Source: TPA_inf: Saccharomyces
Lineage: Eukaryota
Direction: 5' to 3'
Assembly (NCBI GenBank): GCA_000146045.2
Contig: BK006942.2
Coordinates: forward strand, 375,889 to 439,888
Length of the DNA: 64,000 nucleotides
Numbering within the stretch: position 1 is the first letter of the stretch; each line of letters begins with the position of its first letter. This document shows positions 1-11,286 of this stretch, piece after piece. The position numbers and the translations under genes were made by a program. A model generated the notes under the pieces. It ran no database searches, had not been told where the DNA came from, and saw only the letters and a list, made by a program, of their open reading frames with translations.

Positions 1-1273
1 CTACCATCCGATGAATGCACCAACTCCTGCAATGATACCATATCCTGGATCACCAATGCATTCGATTATGCCCAACTCCTCATTACAGCCCTTTTATTCG
101 CAACCCACTGCTGCAGGCGGTCCCGATATGACTACTCCCCAAAATATATCTTCATCACAACAATTGCTGCCAGCTCCGCAATTGTTTCCGTACGGATCAT
201 TCCATCAACAACAACTTCAGCAACCACACTACATTCAACGAACAAGGGAAAGGAAAAAATCAATCGGAAGTCAGAGAGGTAGAAGATTGTCTATGTTAGC
301 ATCTCAAGCTAATGGGGGAAGCACTATTATATCTCCGCACAAGGATATTCCTGAAGAGGATTTTTACACCGTGGTTGGAAATGCGTCTTTTGGTAAAAAT
401 TTACAAATACGACAGCTTTTCAACTGGTGTTTAATGAGATCTCTGCATAAATTGGAGTTGAAGGCTAAAAACCAAGAGGAAGAAGGGGAACTTGAACATC
501 TGACCAAAAAATCCAAGCTCGAATCAACAAAGGCAGAAACTGATTATGTGGATCCCAAACGTCTGGCTATGGTGATAATAAAAGAGTTTGTCGATGATCT
601 TAAAAAAGATCATATTGCGATAGATTGGGAAGATGAGGAAAAATATGAGGATGAAGATGAGGAGAAGATTCTGGATAATACTGAAAACTACGATGACACG
701 GAACTGCGACAACTGTTTCAGGAAAACGACGACGACGACGACGACGACGATGAGGTGGACTACTCGGAAATACAGAGGTCTAGACGTAAATTTAGTGAAA
801 GGAGAAAAGCCCTACCGAAAGAACCAAAAAAACTATTACCTAATAGCAAAAACGTGGAAAACACAAAGAATCTTAGCATTTTAACGAGCAAGGTGAACGC
901 GATCAAAAATGAAGTGAAAGAATGGGCAGTCACTTTAGACACTTCGAGACCAGATCTTGAATGGCAAGAATTGACTTCATTCTCATCACAACCACTGGAA
1001 CCGTTGTCGGATACAGAAGAGCCAGACCTTGCGATTGCAGATGTTGAGACAAAGTTAGAAACAAAAGTCGATGAGCTAAGGTACCAGTCGCATATATTAA
1101 ACTCGCACTCACTAGCCTTAAACGAAATAACAAATTCAAAAGTGAATAAATTGAACATAGAAACAATGAGAAAGATCTCAAGCGAAACGGACGATGACCA
1201 CTCACAAGTGATTAATCCTCAACAGCTGTTGAAGGGATTAAGTTTATCTTTCAGTAAAAAACTGGATTTATGA
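1..1273 (+). CDS. DSN1: Kinetochore MIND complex subunit Dsn1, 3' portion; the CDS continues upstream of the window
   Basis: The ORF is open from position 2 (YYHP precedes the first Met). The translation has the NATAN/poly-Y-proximal region, an acidic D-run and the C-terminal coiled region recalled for Dsn1. Synteny with STS1 and SQT1 supports the call. Confidence 0.8.
   Translation, partial: YHPMNAPTPAMIPYPGSPMHSIMPNSSLQPFYSQPTAAGGPDMTTPQNISSSQQLLPAPQLFPYGSFHQQQLQQPHYIQRTRERKKSIGSQRGRRLSMLASQANGGSTIISPHKDIPEEDFYTVVGNASFGKNLQIRQLFNWCLMRSLHKLELKAKNQEEEGELEHLTKKSKLESTKAETDYVDPKRLAMVIIKEFVDDLKKDHIAIDWEDEEKYEDEDEEKILDNTENYDDTELRQLFQENDDDDDDDDEVDYSEIQRSRRKFSERRKALPKEPKKLLPNSKNVENTKNLSILTSKVNAIKNEVKEWAVTLDTSRPDLEWQELTSFSSQPLEPLSDTEEPDLAIADVETKLETKVDELRYQSHILNSHSLALNEITNSKVNKLNIETMRKISSETDDDHSQVINPQQLLKGLSLSFSKKLDL
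727..750 (+). repeat. (GAC)8 trinucleotide repeat encoding a poly-Asp run inside DSN1
   Basis: gacgacgacgacgacgacgacgac is seen directly in the sequence. Confidence 0.9.
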
Positions 1274-1398
1274 AATAAAAGAAAAAATCAAAAAAAAATC
1301 GGATACTTCTGCATATGTAACATTACACAGTCATACATTTATATATACATATATATACATATTAATGTATTTGAAAAAGCAAAAGAACCATTCTATCC

Positions 1399-2358
1399 TT
1401 AGTTAAAGGGCGAATCAGTAGCAGCGCTACCACTATTGTTATTGTTTTCGTTTGCTGTCATGGTATCGTGGTGGTAAATAATACTTTCTTGAAGTGATAA
1501 TGTTGATGACGATGCTGCTGAAGGGCTACCCATATCTAAAGATTTGAACAGCTGGAGTGGGCGTTCCAATAACCCATTTGAATGTTCATTGTATACCTGT
1601 AATCTTGTCATATGACTTTTCCAGACGGAGCTATTATCTGCTAATAAAATTATCCTGTCACGGGCAACATGTTCAATAAGCGTACACCATACGTGAGACA
1701 ATTGTTCAATGCATTTATCGTAGTAGTAATTATTACTAGCTAATTCAAATCTGGGCAATTTGATAACTAATTCCGTGCAAATGTCTAAGAATTTTAATGA
1801 TGCGTGCAAATTTTCCAAACGTGGTGGAATGTTATCCAGTATGAAATCCACCAAACAGTTTAAGAACTCCAGAATTTGAGGTTTCATTCTCACGAAAGCA
1901 TAGTCATCTAATTTATTACTCTCATAAGACCTATTGTAAGGTATGCTCTGGTAAACGGCTTCTGATTTTTGTTTCAACATGTCCAGACACTTTTGTATAC
2001 TGAAGTCTAATCCGATGACTCTCGTATGTACGCTTTGTTGTATTTCTGGATGTTTTGTCATCAAATCCACCAACAACTGCTGTAATTGGTTCTTGTTCAT
2101 TAGTTCCATGCCTCGTTGCAAGGGCAGAGGCTGCCCTCTGATGAGCGATCCTGGCTGAGGCCTCCTCTTGGAGACGCCCCCATATTTCATCACATTCTTG
2201 TTACGAGGTAGTTCTTCCTCTTCTTGCTCCTCGTTGGCATACCGCCTTTTTTGTTTCACTCCAGCAGTTGGAATCATTACATTGCCTGTGCCTTGTGAAC
2301 TGACTGTACTCTGTGTTATTTTACTGCTGGGTTTAAAACCCCATTCAAACCCCATCAT
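1399..2358 (-). CDS. STS1: Sts1, nuclear proteasome import / 26S proteasome localisation factor
   Basis: 319 aa ORF with the exact length of Sts1, positioned between DSN1 and SQT1 on the opposite strand. Confidence 0.8.
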
Positions 2359-2597
2359 AATGCTATACTGTCCTGTGTTTGTTGCTTTTGCCAGGTACCT
2401 TCGAACACACTAAGTGAGAATACTTGGTTAAGTATATTTTTAAGTAAGAAATTCCCACTCGCCGCATTATCACCCGCCCGCCGTTTCTTTTTCTGGCAAA
2501 ATTTTCACTATGAATAACTAAAGAGATACATTCGATGGGCTTTAGATGAGGCCTTTTGAAGACCAAAACAGCACCAAATAGCGACACATTAAGCGTA

Positions 2598-3893
2598 ATG
2601 GAACCTCAAGAAGAGTTTATAACTACCGAAGAAGTTGAGCAGGAGATTGTGCCCACTGTGGAGGTCGAACAAGACGTTCCCGTTGATATTGAAGGAGAGA
2701 ATGACGACGATGATGAAATGATGAATGATGATGAGGAAGCTTTGGAGGTCGACATGTCCAACAACTCGCTTACCTATTTCGATAAGCACACAGACTCCGT
2801 GTTTGCCATTGGCCATCATCCTAACCTGCCGCTAGTATGTACCGGTGGGGGTGATAACTTGGCACATCTTTGGACATCACATTCACAGCCACCCAAGTTT
2901 GCTGGCACTCTAACCGGTTATGGCGAATCTGTGATTTCATGTTCTTTCACTTCTGAAGGGGGCTTCTTGGTCACTGCCGATATGTCGGGGAAGGTTCTTG
3001 TACACATGGGTCAAAAAGGTGGCGCTCAGTGGAAGTTGGCATCGCAAATGCAAGAAGTCGAAGAGATTGTTTGGCTGAAAACTCATCCCACTATAGCAAG
3101 GACGTTTGCGTTTGGTGCAACTGATGGATCTGTTTGGTGCTACCAGATTAATGAGCAGGATGGTTCTTTGGAACAGTTAATGTCTGGTTTTGTACACCAG
3201 CAAGATTGCTCTATGGGTGAATTCATTAACACCGACAAGGGTGAAAATACGCTGGAATTAGTCACTTGTTCTTTGGATAGCACTATTGTGGCATGGAATT
3301 GCTTCACTGGCCAACAATTATTTAAGATCACACAGGCAGAAATCAAGGGATTAGAAGCTCCATGGATTTCCCTATCATTAGCTCCGGAAACTTTGACCAA
3401 GGGTAACTCGGGTGTCGTGGCATGTGGGTCCAACAATGGTCTTCTGGCAGTAATTAATTGTAACAATGGCGGTGCGATTTTACATTTATCTACAGTGATT
3501 GAACTAAAGCCAGAACAAGACGAATTAGATGCCTCCATTGAATCCATTTCTTGGTCATCCAAATTCTCCCTTATGGCCATTGGCCTTGTCTGCGGTGAAA
3601 TACTCTTATATGATACAAGTGCATGGAGAGTAAGACACAAGTTTGTTCTCGAAGATTCTGTTACAAAACTTATGTTTGATAATGATGACTTATTCGCATC
3701 GTGTATCAATGGTAAGGTTTACCAGTTTAATGCAAGAACTGGCCAAGAGAAGTTTGTTTGTGTGGGCCATAATATGGGGGTTCTTGATTTTATATTACTG
3801 CATCCTGTGGCAAATACCGGCACCGAGCAGAAGAGAAAAGTAATAACTGCAGGTGATGAAGGTGTATCTCTGGTGTTCGAGGTACCAAACTGA
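2598..3893 (+). CDS. SQT1: Sqt1, WD40-repeat ribosomal protein L10 chaperone
   Basis: WD-repeat protein. Starting at the internal Met (MEPQEEF...) gives 431 aa, the length of Sqt1, with an acidic N-terminus. The ORF track starts 14 codons earlier at 2556. Confidence 0.8.
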   Translation: MEPQEEFITTEEVEQEIVPTVEVEQDVPVDIEGENDDDDEMMNDDEEALEVDMSNNSLTYFDKHTDSVFAIGHHPNLPLVCTGGGDNLAHLWTSHSQPPKFAGTLTGYGESVISCSFTSEGGFLVTADMSGKVLVHMGQKGGAQWKLASQMQEVEEIVWLKTHPTIARTFAFGATDGSVWCYQINEQDGSLEQLMSGFVHQQDCSMGEFINTDKGENTLELVTCSLDSTIVAWNCFTGQQLFKITQAEIKGLEAPWISLSLAPETLTKGNSGVVACGSNNGLLAVINCNNGGAILHLSTVIELKPEQDELDASIESISWSSKFSLMAIGLVCGEILLYDTSAWRVRHKFVLEDSVTKLMFDNDDLFASCINGKVYQFNARTGQEKFVCVGHNMGVLDFILLHPVANTGTEQKRKVITAGDEGVSLVFEVPN

Positions 3894-4130
3894 TAGATAG
3901 TCGCGTATACATAAATAACAAAAAAACAAATTCAATAACATAAAATAAAAATACTTTTACATACAGAAGAAGAAACTTTATATATTCGACAAAGGAAAAT
4001 GTAAAAAAAAAAAACACATTATTTTAAAAGAACTGCGCTCATTATCGTCGTTAACGATTTTATTATTACATGTTGAACGTTACATTGTCTTTTTGTCCCG
4101 ATAGGTTGAAAGCTGAAAAAGTATAATGGG

Positions 4131-4496
4131 TCAGAATCTGACAGTTCCGGTAAGTTCTTTGGGGATCCTTCTCTTAGTCCCGGTACCTTTAATTTGCTCC
4201 ATGTATCTTTTAGCAGCTGCTCTACCGAAGCGCAGAATCAATTTTCTAAAAAACAACCCACAAGCATTACACAGGCAAGCAGCACCGTTAGGGCCCTCCC
4301 TCCATTGTAATGAAGTCTTAATCTCTCCACATTGCCCACATGTCCTAGTAATGCCCGTTCTTGGTCGAGCAGGCTGAGAGTCAGCGTTCCTAGGGAGGCC
4401 ATGTTGTGCCTCTGATCCGCTATTCAACAGCAATTGAACGGGGACTTTTTTGAAGGCTGTTCCGTTTGAAATCACAATAGGCAACTTAGTGGACAT
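4131..4496 (-). CDS. GAT4: Small GATA-type zinc finger protein
   Basis: 121 aa. Contains [33 protein letters not shown], a C-X2-C-X17-C-X2-C GATA finger. Length and position match YIR013C. Confidence 0.85.
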   Translation of the reverse strand: MSTKLPIVISNGTAFKKVPVQLLLNSGSEAQHGLPRNADSQPARPRTGITRTCGQCGEIKTSLQWREGPNGAACLCNACGLFFRKLILRFGRAAAKRYMEQIKGTGTKRRIPKELTGTVRF

Positions 4497-5197
4497 AGCG
4501 ACCCTGTAATGTTATGTTTCTAGCTAGGAACAGAAAGTGCCAGCTTTTTGAGCAGTTAAAGAGTAAAATGTTTATGTGGTTTCACGGACTTACATGTGAA
4601 AGACTAGCCTGGCGCTATCTAAATTCATGATGAAACTCGATGGCCCTTTCCATGGCACAAAAATCTTGACACATGGATGTGCGCGGCGGCGGTAACCGCA
4701 CCAAGGAAAAAAGGGTCCAATGCCAAGAAATAATAAAACGGACCCTTTTTTCTTTTTTTTTGAAATAAAATTGAAAGAGAAATGCAAACACTTTTCAGGT
4801 TTGAAAAGAAAAGAAAACGTCAAGAATCTTACGCCAAAAGTGCCTAAGATTCAAGTATCTCTGAAAGGCGTACCATTTTCAACAAGGGGCATAGGTGGCC
4901 GCAAACTAGGATAATTGACAACTTAGTTTCATATTGACAATGTCATCGCAATTGAGGAGATAGCCATAATTCGGGAGGGTACAAAACCTGACCTGCTAGT
5001 GTTCAACTAATGCATCATGGGTACTATAGAGAGCATTCTAGTGGTAGAAAAAAAAAAAAAAACAAACTTTAAACCGGGTAATATAAACTTCTCATATGGC
5101 TTTTCTCCAGGGAAAGAAAGGGAAGGGATACTTCAATGACGAAGGCTTAGATGACAAGCTAATACAGAAAGGGAAAGGAGCAGGGCATCGGAAGGAA

Positions 5198-5926
5198 ATG
5201 TTGCATTTGGAAGATGACAATGGACGACAAAGGTCAGTGATAGCGAATTTGCAGAAATTCGTTTATTGCTGCCTGTACTTGAGGTTTATCAAAGATGGAT
5301 CATTATTCTTGATCCTCCTGGGGTGGATAATTTCATCGCTCTGTGATTTCATTCAGGAATTGACACTCAGGTACCTGAAGAAGAACTATTTAGAGGTGGG
5401 CCGCGACAATGATCAGGAAGATGATGAAAGTCTTGCCATCAGAGGGTTAGAAACACCTATTGTAAGAATGATAATAAACAAAGCCATACGATATTACCAA
5501 GGCCTAATACTTCTAGAAACAGCGTACTGTATAGTATACCACATTAGGCTAGACGTATCGAGAGACATATGTTCCAAACCGTACGGATTTGTGATAATGC
5601 TTTTGATAAGGGAATTTACTTGTCCGGTACCCACAGCGTTTCCTAGCAAGCTACTTCTGGTACTACTCGATATTTTATTACTTTTCTGCCAGATTGTAAT
5701 AATAAACGGCTCACTGAGCTCGAGTCTTCAGAACGTGAAACTTATTGTCAAGGAGTTGAATGCAGAAGAAGAGGGCGCACTCAACATTCTCAAACTTAAT
5801 ACCTGGCACATGGATGCAACCGGACCGGAACTCATAGTACTCAAGAATCATGACAAGTCGATTCCTCAACAGGCAGACGGGGATGACGCTACAGAGATCA
5901 CTCCTCTACTGAATATCGCCGAATAA
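5198..5926 (+). CDS. Predicted multi-pass membrane protein of unknown function (YIR014W)
   Basis: Starting at internal Met35 gives 242 aa, the length of YIR014W. The longer ORF begins at 5096. The sequence has hydrophobic segments. Confidence 0.65.
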   Translation: MLHLEDDNGRQRSVIANLQKFVYCCLYLRFIKDGSLFLILLGWIISSLCDFIQELTLRYLKKNYLEVGRDNDQEDDESLAIRGLETPIVRMIINKAIRYYQGLILLETAYCIVYHIRLDVSRDICSKPYGFVIMLLIREFTCPVPTAFPSKLLLVLLDILLLFCQIVIINGSLSSSLQNVKLIVKELNAEEEGALNILKLNTWHMDATGPELIVLKNHDKSIPQQADGDDATEITPLLNIAE

Positions 5927-6059
5927 ATTCAAGAAAGGAAAAGAAAAAAAATTACCAAAATGAAAAGAACGGAAAAAAAAGATGAACAGAAAATAAAACA
6001 ATACGTGGTTCTTCTACTGTCCTTCCCACATCGCCGACAGAGAAAAGACAAGCAAAAAG

Positions 6060-6494
6060 ATGGGCAAGAAAGCACACGGAGGAAAGATGAAACCTGAGAT
6101 CGACGAAAATGGTACTCTGCTAGTACCGCCACCAAGGACGATTGCGAACCAGGACCATTTCCATAGATTAAACTACCTCTACCAAATATCCGCTTACCAA
6201 ACAAGAGCAAGACAGAAAGCAAGAACAGACGCACATACGCCTTTGGCACGCAATTATATCAAATCAATGGACCTAATTAGTAAGAAAACCAAGACATCAC
6301 TGCTTCCTACGATAAAGAGAACAATTTGTAAAAAATGCCATCGGTTGTTATGGACCCCAAAAAAACTGGAAATCACATCCGACGGAGCGCTTTCGGTAAT
6401 GTGTGGGTGCGGTACCGTTAAACGTTTTAATATTGGCGCCGATCCTAATTACAGGACCTACTCGGAGCGGGAGGGTAATCTACTAAATTCTTAG
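6060..6494 (+). CDS. RPR2: RNase P protein subunit Rpr2 (Rpp21 family, zinc ribbon)
   Basis: 144 aa. Has a basic N-terminus and a CKKCHRLL...CGCG Cys4 motif typical of the Rpp21/Rpr2 family. Confidence 0.85.
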   Translation: MGKKAHGGKMKPEIDENGTLLVPPPRTIANQDHFHRLNYLYQISAYQTRARQKARTDAHTPLARNYIKSMDLISKKTKTSLLPTIKRTICKKCHRLLWTPKKLEITSDGALSVMCGCGTVKRFNIGADPNYRTYSEREGNLLNS

Positions 6495-6739
6495 GGTTAT
6501 TGGTAGGGTTTTGGACCAATGTTTTGAGCAGGACAAAAATGCGGAGTTTCCAGATTTTCTTTAAGAGCCGACCCCCCACCCCCTTGCCCCTATACATGGG
6601 GTACGTGCCTGTATTTTGAGGGAAAACTACGACATAAAACACAGGGAAAAAAACGAGACGCCCGTTTGAAGAAGGTAATGTAGGATTCCGTCTTGCCAGC
6701 ATAGCGGATAAACACCGCAAGGAGGTGTTGTGGTCGGTA

Positions 6740-7537
6740 ATGAGTGGCACGAGGTGTTTGCTAGGCGTCGGACTACCAGTTGATGTGACTGCTACGGAAA
6801 CTTTGACTCATGATGAACAAGGACCAGGTGTAGAGCCAGGACCGTGTTCGCGAGGAAGTTCTATAGATGGTCTGCTGCCCTCGTTGCTCGGTCCACATGA
6901 TGATGTGGATGACGATTCGGCGGCTTTTCACAAGTACATGACACTATCGCGAGATGGCGCAGGCGCCATCCATGCTCCGTCATTAGTCGAAGACGCCTCA
7001 AGGAACGACGACGACGACGATGATGAAGACGACGACGACAGTTCCATGTCGCGAGACCTATCCAAGGCTCTAGATATGTCATCGTCATCATCGTCCAGCC
7101 CGCGCGTTCAAAGTCGGCGGCACCGTAGTTCTGTGAGCGCAATATCTGCAATCTTACACCAAGGAAAATCTGGCCGCGAAGACATAACTGGAAGCCTTAG
7201 CGTTCCGGCAGAACAAGAAAAACTCAGTTTTCTTGCCAAAGCCTCGAGTATTTTCTTTCGAAGGAACAGTATGCCCAGAGACAAACATACGCATTCAGTA
7301 TGTCCCGCTAGCCGCCCAGATTCCGAGAGATTTATCGTCACATCTGCAGCCGCGCAGTCTTTACGCCGCCAACAACAACTGGAAGACGCTCAGTACGCTC
7401 GAGTTATTACAAACTTTCGTACTATAGGATGGTGCTCTCCCAGCGAGATAGAGTCTGTGGAATATAAACGGTCCTTGATCAATGCGGAGTGGGACGAAAA
7501 GATCTCGCTTTTGTCTCACGCGCAATGCTATAAATAA
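6740..7537 (+). CDS. Protein of unknown function (YIR016W), Ser/Asp-rich
   Basis: Starting at the second Met gives 265 aa. Contains an acidic poly-D/E run encoded by GAC/GAT repeats at about 7005..7040. Positional match to YIR016W. Confidence 0.6.
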   Translation: MSGTRCLLGVGLPVDVTATETLTHDEQGPGVEPGPCSRGSSIDGLLPSLLGPHDDVDDDSAAFHKYMTLSRDGAGAIHAPSLVEDASRNDDDDDDEDDDDSSMSRDLSKALDMSSSSSSSPRVQSRRHRSSVSAISAILHQGKSGREDITGSLSVPAEQEKLSFLAKASSIFFRRNSMPRDKHTHSVCPASRPDSERFIVTSAAAQSLRRQQQLEDAQYARVITNFRTIGWCSPSEIESVEYKRSLINAEWDEKISLLSHAQCYK

Positions 7538-7667
7538 TAAATATACATATATATATATTTATATGTAGATAGATGTGTGTATATATATGCTAGGTAAAGA
7601 AACGGAAAAATCGAAAAATCGAAGTTGGAGAGGAAAAACAAGACATCAGGCCCGCACGTTTCGCGGG

Positions 7668-8231
7668 CTACCTGCCCATGTTCCGTCTCTTAATGTCATT
7701 CAACAATTTCAAAGACTTAATCTCGTTAATGTCATTGAGCTTTGCTTTCCAAAACTCATTTTCCTTGTTCAATTGCTCTATACGATCGCGAAGTTTGTTG
7801 ATTTGCGTGTTTAAGTTCTGCAGCTTATTCATGTTCTCAAAATTCTTTTGTTTCTTGCGAATGCGGAACCGCTGCGACGCCTCTGTGTTCTTTCTTCTCC
7901 GCTCTTGCTTAATCTTATCCAGTTCGTTAGAAGTGCTCACGGGAGCTTCCTCTTCTTTTACAACAACTGCTGTTGTTGCGGCAACCTTCCCCTTTCTCGG
8001 CTCGCGGAGCTTCTTAAACTGCGAGACATCCTGGCCATTATTTATCATGCTAATGAGCTCCTCCGCGTTGCCACTGCTAACCAGCAGCAATGATAGCAAG
8101 CGCGAGCCCAGCTCTGAATCGCTTGATATCAGGTTCTGTAGATGTTCCGAAAGATTGTTCACGTTCATACCCTTCCTGCTTGCAATGTCAATGTTTGTTG
8201 ATTTCTTTTCCCACCCTTGTTTCGCACTCAT
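7668..8231 (-). CDS. MET28: bZIP transcriptional co-activator of sulfur metabolism (Cbf1-Met4-Met28 complex)
   Basis: 187 aa from the MSAKQGWEKK start. Contains a bZIP basic region plus leucine zipper (RRRKNTEASQRFRIRKKQK...). Its upstream region carries a Cbf1 E-box and Met31/32 sites. Confidence 0.85.
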   Translation of the reverse strand: MSAKQGWEKKSTNIDIASRKGMNVNNLSEHLQNLISSDSELGSRLLSLLLVSSGNAEELISMINNGQDVSQFKKLREPRKGKVAATTAVVVKEEEAPVSTSNELDKIKQERRRKNTEASQRFRIRKKQKNFENMNKLQNLNTQINKLRDRIEQLNKENEFWKAKLNDINEIKSLKLLNDIKRRNMGR

Positions 8232-8375
8232 ATTGACGAACAAAACAATTTGTCTTCGTAACTACCACTGGTTATAAATAGTTAAATTCAAGTTACCTCG
8301 TGTTCTTAGTCATTGGCTGCCCGGCCTTGACTCACGCCAGTGACCTACAACTATGGCGTTTCCGCTTCCCGCCCA

Positions 8376-8384
8376 AAACTGTGG
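8376..8384. promoter_or_regulatory. AAACTGTGG Met31/Met32 binding motif. A second copy, AACTGTGGC, lies at 8508..8516.
   Basis: Exact match to the Met31/32 core, seen twice in the MET28 upstream region. Confidence 0.55.
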
Positions 8385-8443
8385 TGTTAGAAAGTAGAAA
8401 AAGGTGAAAAAAGCGAAACCTAAAACCAAAAAAAAAAAATAAG

Positions 8444-8450
8444 TCACGTG
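8444..8450. promoter_or_regulatory. TCACGTG Cbf1 E-box in the MET28-YAP5 divergent promoter
   Basis: Exact TCACGTG about 215 bp upstream of the MET28 ATG. Confidence 0.6.
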
Positions 8451-8720
8451 CACTCAGTACCCCTTCTATTGTATTTTAGTTTACCTATTGGGCCGGGCGG
8501 GCCCCACAACTGTGGCATCTTTCAGATCATTTTTTTCCAGAATGCATGGAACTGACGAGTGAACTTTTATTCCACGGAAAAGGACAAAAAGGTGCAGTAA
8601 TGGAATGGTCTTTTTGCACGGCAGTGATGTCGCTATCATATCAATCACTGAAAGTGAAGTTAACCATATTACAACAAGTTCACACAACATAAACAGTGTA
8701 ACTAGCATATTATCACAGTC

Positions 8721-9458
8721 ATGGCTCTACCTCTGATAAAACCTAAGGAGTCTGAGGAAAGCCACCTCGCTCTTTTGTCCAAGATCCACGTGTCCAAAAA
8801 TTGGAAACTGCCTCCAAGGTTGCCCCATAGAGCAGCTCAGCGGAGGAAAAGAGTTCATCGACTTCACGAAGATTACGAAACTGAAGAAAATGATGAGGAG
8901 CTACAGAAGAAAAAACGGCAGAATAGAGACGCCCAAAGGGCCTACAGAGAACGCAAAAACAACAAGTTGCAAGTGCTGGAGGAAACCATAGAGTCACTGA
9001 GTAAGGTCGTTAAAAACTACGAAACGAAACTAAACCGCCTCCAAAATGAACTTCAAGCGAAAGAATCGGAAAATCATGCCCTTAAACAGAAATTGGAGAC
9101 CCTTACTCTGAAACAAGCCTCTGTGCCTGCTCAGGACCCTATCCTGCAGAATTTGATCGAGAATTTCAAACCAATGAAGGCGATACCTATTAAGTACAAT
9201 ACCGCTATCAAGCGCCACCAGCACTCGACAGAACTGCCTAGCTCTGTCAAATGCGGCTTTTGTAACGACAACACTACTTGCGTTTGTAAAGAACTGGAAA
9301 CAGATCACCGTAAAAGTGACGACGGTGTGGCCACAGAACAGAAGGATATGTCGATGCCACATGCAGAGTGCAATAATAAAGATAACCCCAATGGGCTCTG
9401 TAGTAATTGTACTAATATCGACAAATCATGTATCGACATCCGGTCCATCATCCACTGA
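8721..9458 (+). CDS. YAP5: bZIP (Yap family) iron-responsive transcription factor
   Basis: 245 aa. Has the Yap-type basic region RQNRDAQRAYRERKNNKLQVLEE and Cys-rich C-terminal motifs. Length and position match YIR018W. Confidence 0.85.
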   Translation: MALPLIKPKESEESHLALLSKIHVSKNWKLPPRLPHRAAQRRKRVHRLHEDYETEENDEELQKKKRQNRDAQRAYRERKNNKLQVLEETIESLSKVVKNYETKLNRLQNELQAKESENHALKQKLETLTLKQASVPAQDPILQNLIENFKPMKAIPIKYNTAIKRHQHSTELPSSVKCGFCNDNTTCVCKELETDHRKSDDGVATEQKDMSMPHAECNNKDNPNGLCSNCTNIDKSCIDIRSIIH

Positions 9459-9751
9459 AGAGAGAGAACTTCTTAATACTTATAAATACGTCATTGAACA
9501 GCTCAACTTTTGTAACGTCAAAAGAACGCACATGAAAGGAGTGACATTGCTTTTTTCTTTGCAAGTTTATTACTGTGGTTATGTGTAAAGAATTAGTTCA
9601 TGGACATTGGCCGCAGAGTGCAAAAGCGTTTTGGACACCCCGCCTTTGGTGTTCTCGCCGCCATATTTTGAGACGTTAGTTTCCGACGAATTGAGCTGAA
9701 GCGGTGGACATTATCTCAAGGTACCGCTTACTATGCCTATACATTCCTGCA

Positions 9752-9771
9752 ATTTTTTTTTTTTTTTTTTT
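9752..9771. repeat. Poly(dT) tract, about 20 nt
   Basis: Homopolymer seen directly in the sequence. Confidence 0.9.
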
Positions 9772-11255
9772 GATAAGTATTACTGGGTAATGGGAAGTAT
9801 AATCACTAGGCATATTATTTTTGACGCAGAGGAGTGGCAGCCTGTCTACTATGTAAATGTAATGGTAGAACCGTTATTATAACGTAAAATAGATCGTACA
9901 TAAGAAAAACTGGACGCAAACCATTTAAATCTAAATGCGAATATGCGTACTGATTATTAACATGATACCATAATTTAGATCTTTCCTTTTGAAAGTCGTG
10001 TCAAATTCTAGTATTGGCGGATGAGATCCTAATGTGCTAAACAATAGAGATAATGGGATCCCCGCAAATTTCATTTTTAAATTGCTTTCCTCTTCTGAGT
10101 TGAACACGAATTTTTGAGAATCTAGCTGTAGTTAGACGTTACGCAAAAGAAGCTTTGGCGCAAGCAAATCTCCTTCCATACTGGTCTCCTTTACGGCTGT
10201 ACGAACACTACCGTAGTGACAAACTGAAAAACGAGGATTTGGTGAGCAGTCTGGAACAGGTAGATGAATCATAAAGCGCAGCAACCATCCTCGAACTGAT
10301 GACAGTACGACTTTTCTCCAAAATAGATATAAAGAAAGGCTGGTTATTCGTGGAGAGTTCAGTCCTCCGTATCTAACCTTGATGAATTAAAACTCAGGCC
10401 AGAACAATCTCTTTAACAGACCTCCATACATACTCTCGGAGCTATATTTTAGTGCGATCAAACTGCGAATAGAATAAAGCAGACGCAAGAGGCAAATTAC
10501 AAACTCTTGCGCTTCCTTTTTAGCGAGCTTGTTAAAGTAGGGTCTGAACGAGAGGCTGTCACAATTGCGTTGCGTTATGCAAAGGATATAACACGGTGCT
10601 GAAGTTAAACTGTGAAACTATACAAGTGGAGGACCCTTTGAGTTTTCTGTAGATAAAAAGGAGAATGTTTCAGAAGAGCGTCAGAGATCTCGAATGACAG
10701 ATCGGTGGCTACCACGAAATCTTATAGGCGTTTCTCTGGGCTCCCTAGTTACGTATAGCGCTGACGTAGTTTAGAAGGGCGCGCGCATTTTTTCTATTGT
10801 TGCCTCTTTTCTCGCTAGCTGGCTTTTAGCATCATGTTCTGCGGATATTATTCTCCGCCCGGAAGGTTCGTGGAAGGCCTAGAATGAGATCTATCAATAA
10901 CGCTACGCAGATTTCTAATGTTACATGTCACGTCGATCTGACATATATCTCCGTCAGGTTCGATCCAGACTCTCTGCGCGCGTACCAAGAGCTTTTTGTT
11001 TCAATAGGAACGGAATTTCCTTTATTGAATGTGGCAACGAACTGCGGAGGGTTATTAGCTTCTTGACACTTTCTTCGTCCATTACGTAGACCTAACGTTG
11101 AAAAGGAGACCTCGAAGAAATTTTAACTCTTGGCACCTCAGAATAAACAAGGTCATCTAGTGCGATGGCAATGCTTCAAAGTAAATGGAGAATTTCGAAG
11201 GCTAGCGTCTCTAGATAAATCTCAGCCTAACCCTTTTACACGAAGTTTTCCCAAC

Positions 11256-11284
<29 letters not shown>
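11256..11284. repeat. Poly(dA) tract, about 29 nt. A (GAAAA)n microsatellite follows at about 11399..11425.
   Basis: Homopolymer seen directly; unusually long for yeast. Confidence 0.9.

Positions 11285-11286
<2 letters not shown>

Noticed and set aside
7678-8277. 199-aa + strand ORF antisense to MET28, and a 189-aa ORF antisense to SQT1 (3140..3709)
   Set aside because: Both are antisense to conserved, recognisable genes and have hydrophobic, low-complexity translations. Spurious.
9621-9660. 13-mer GTTTTGGACACCC shared between 9633 and 49053
   Set aside because: An exact 13-bp match is expected by chance many times in a 64-kb window. The flanks do not align.
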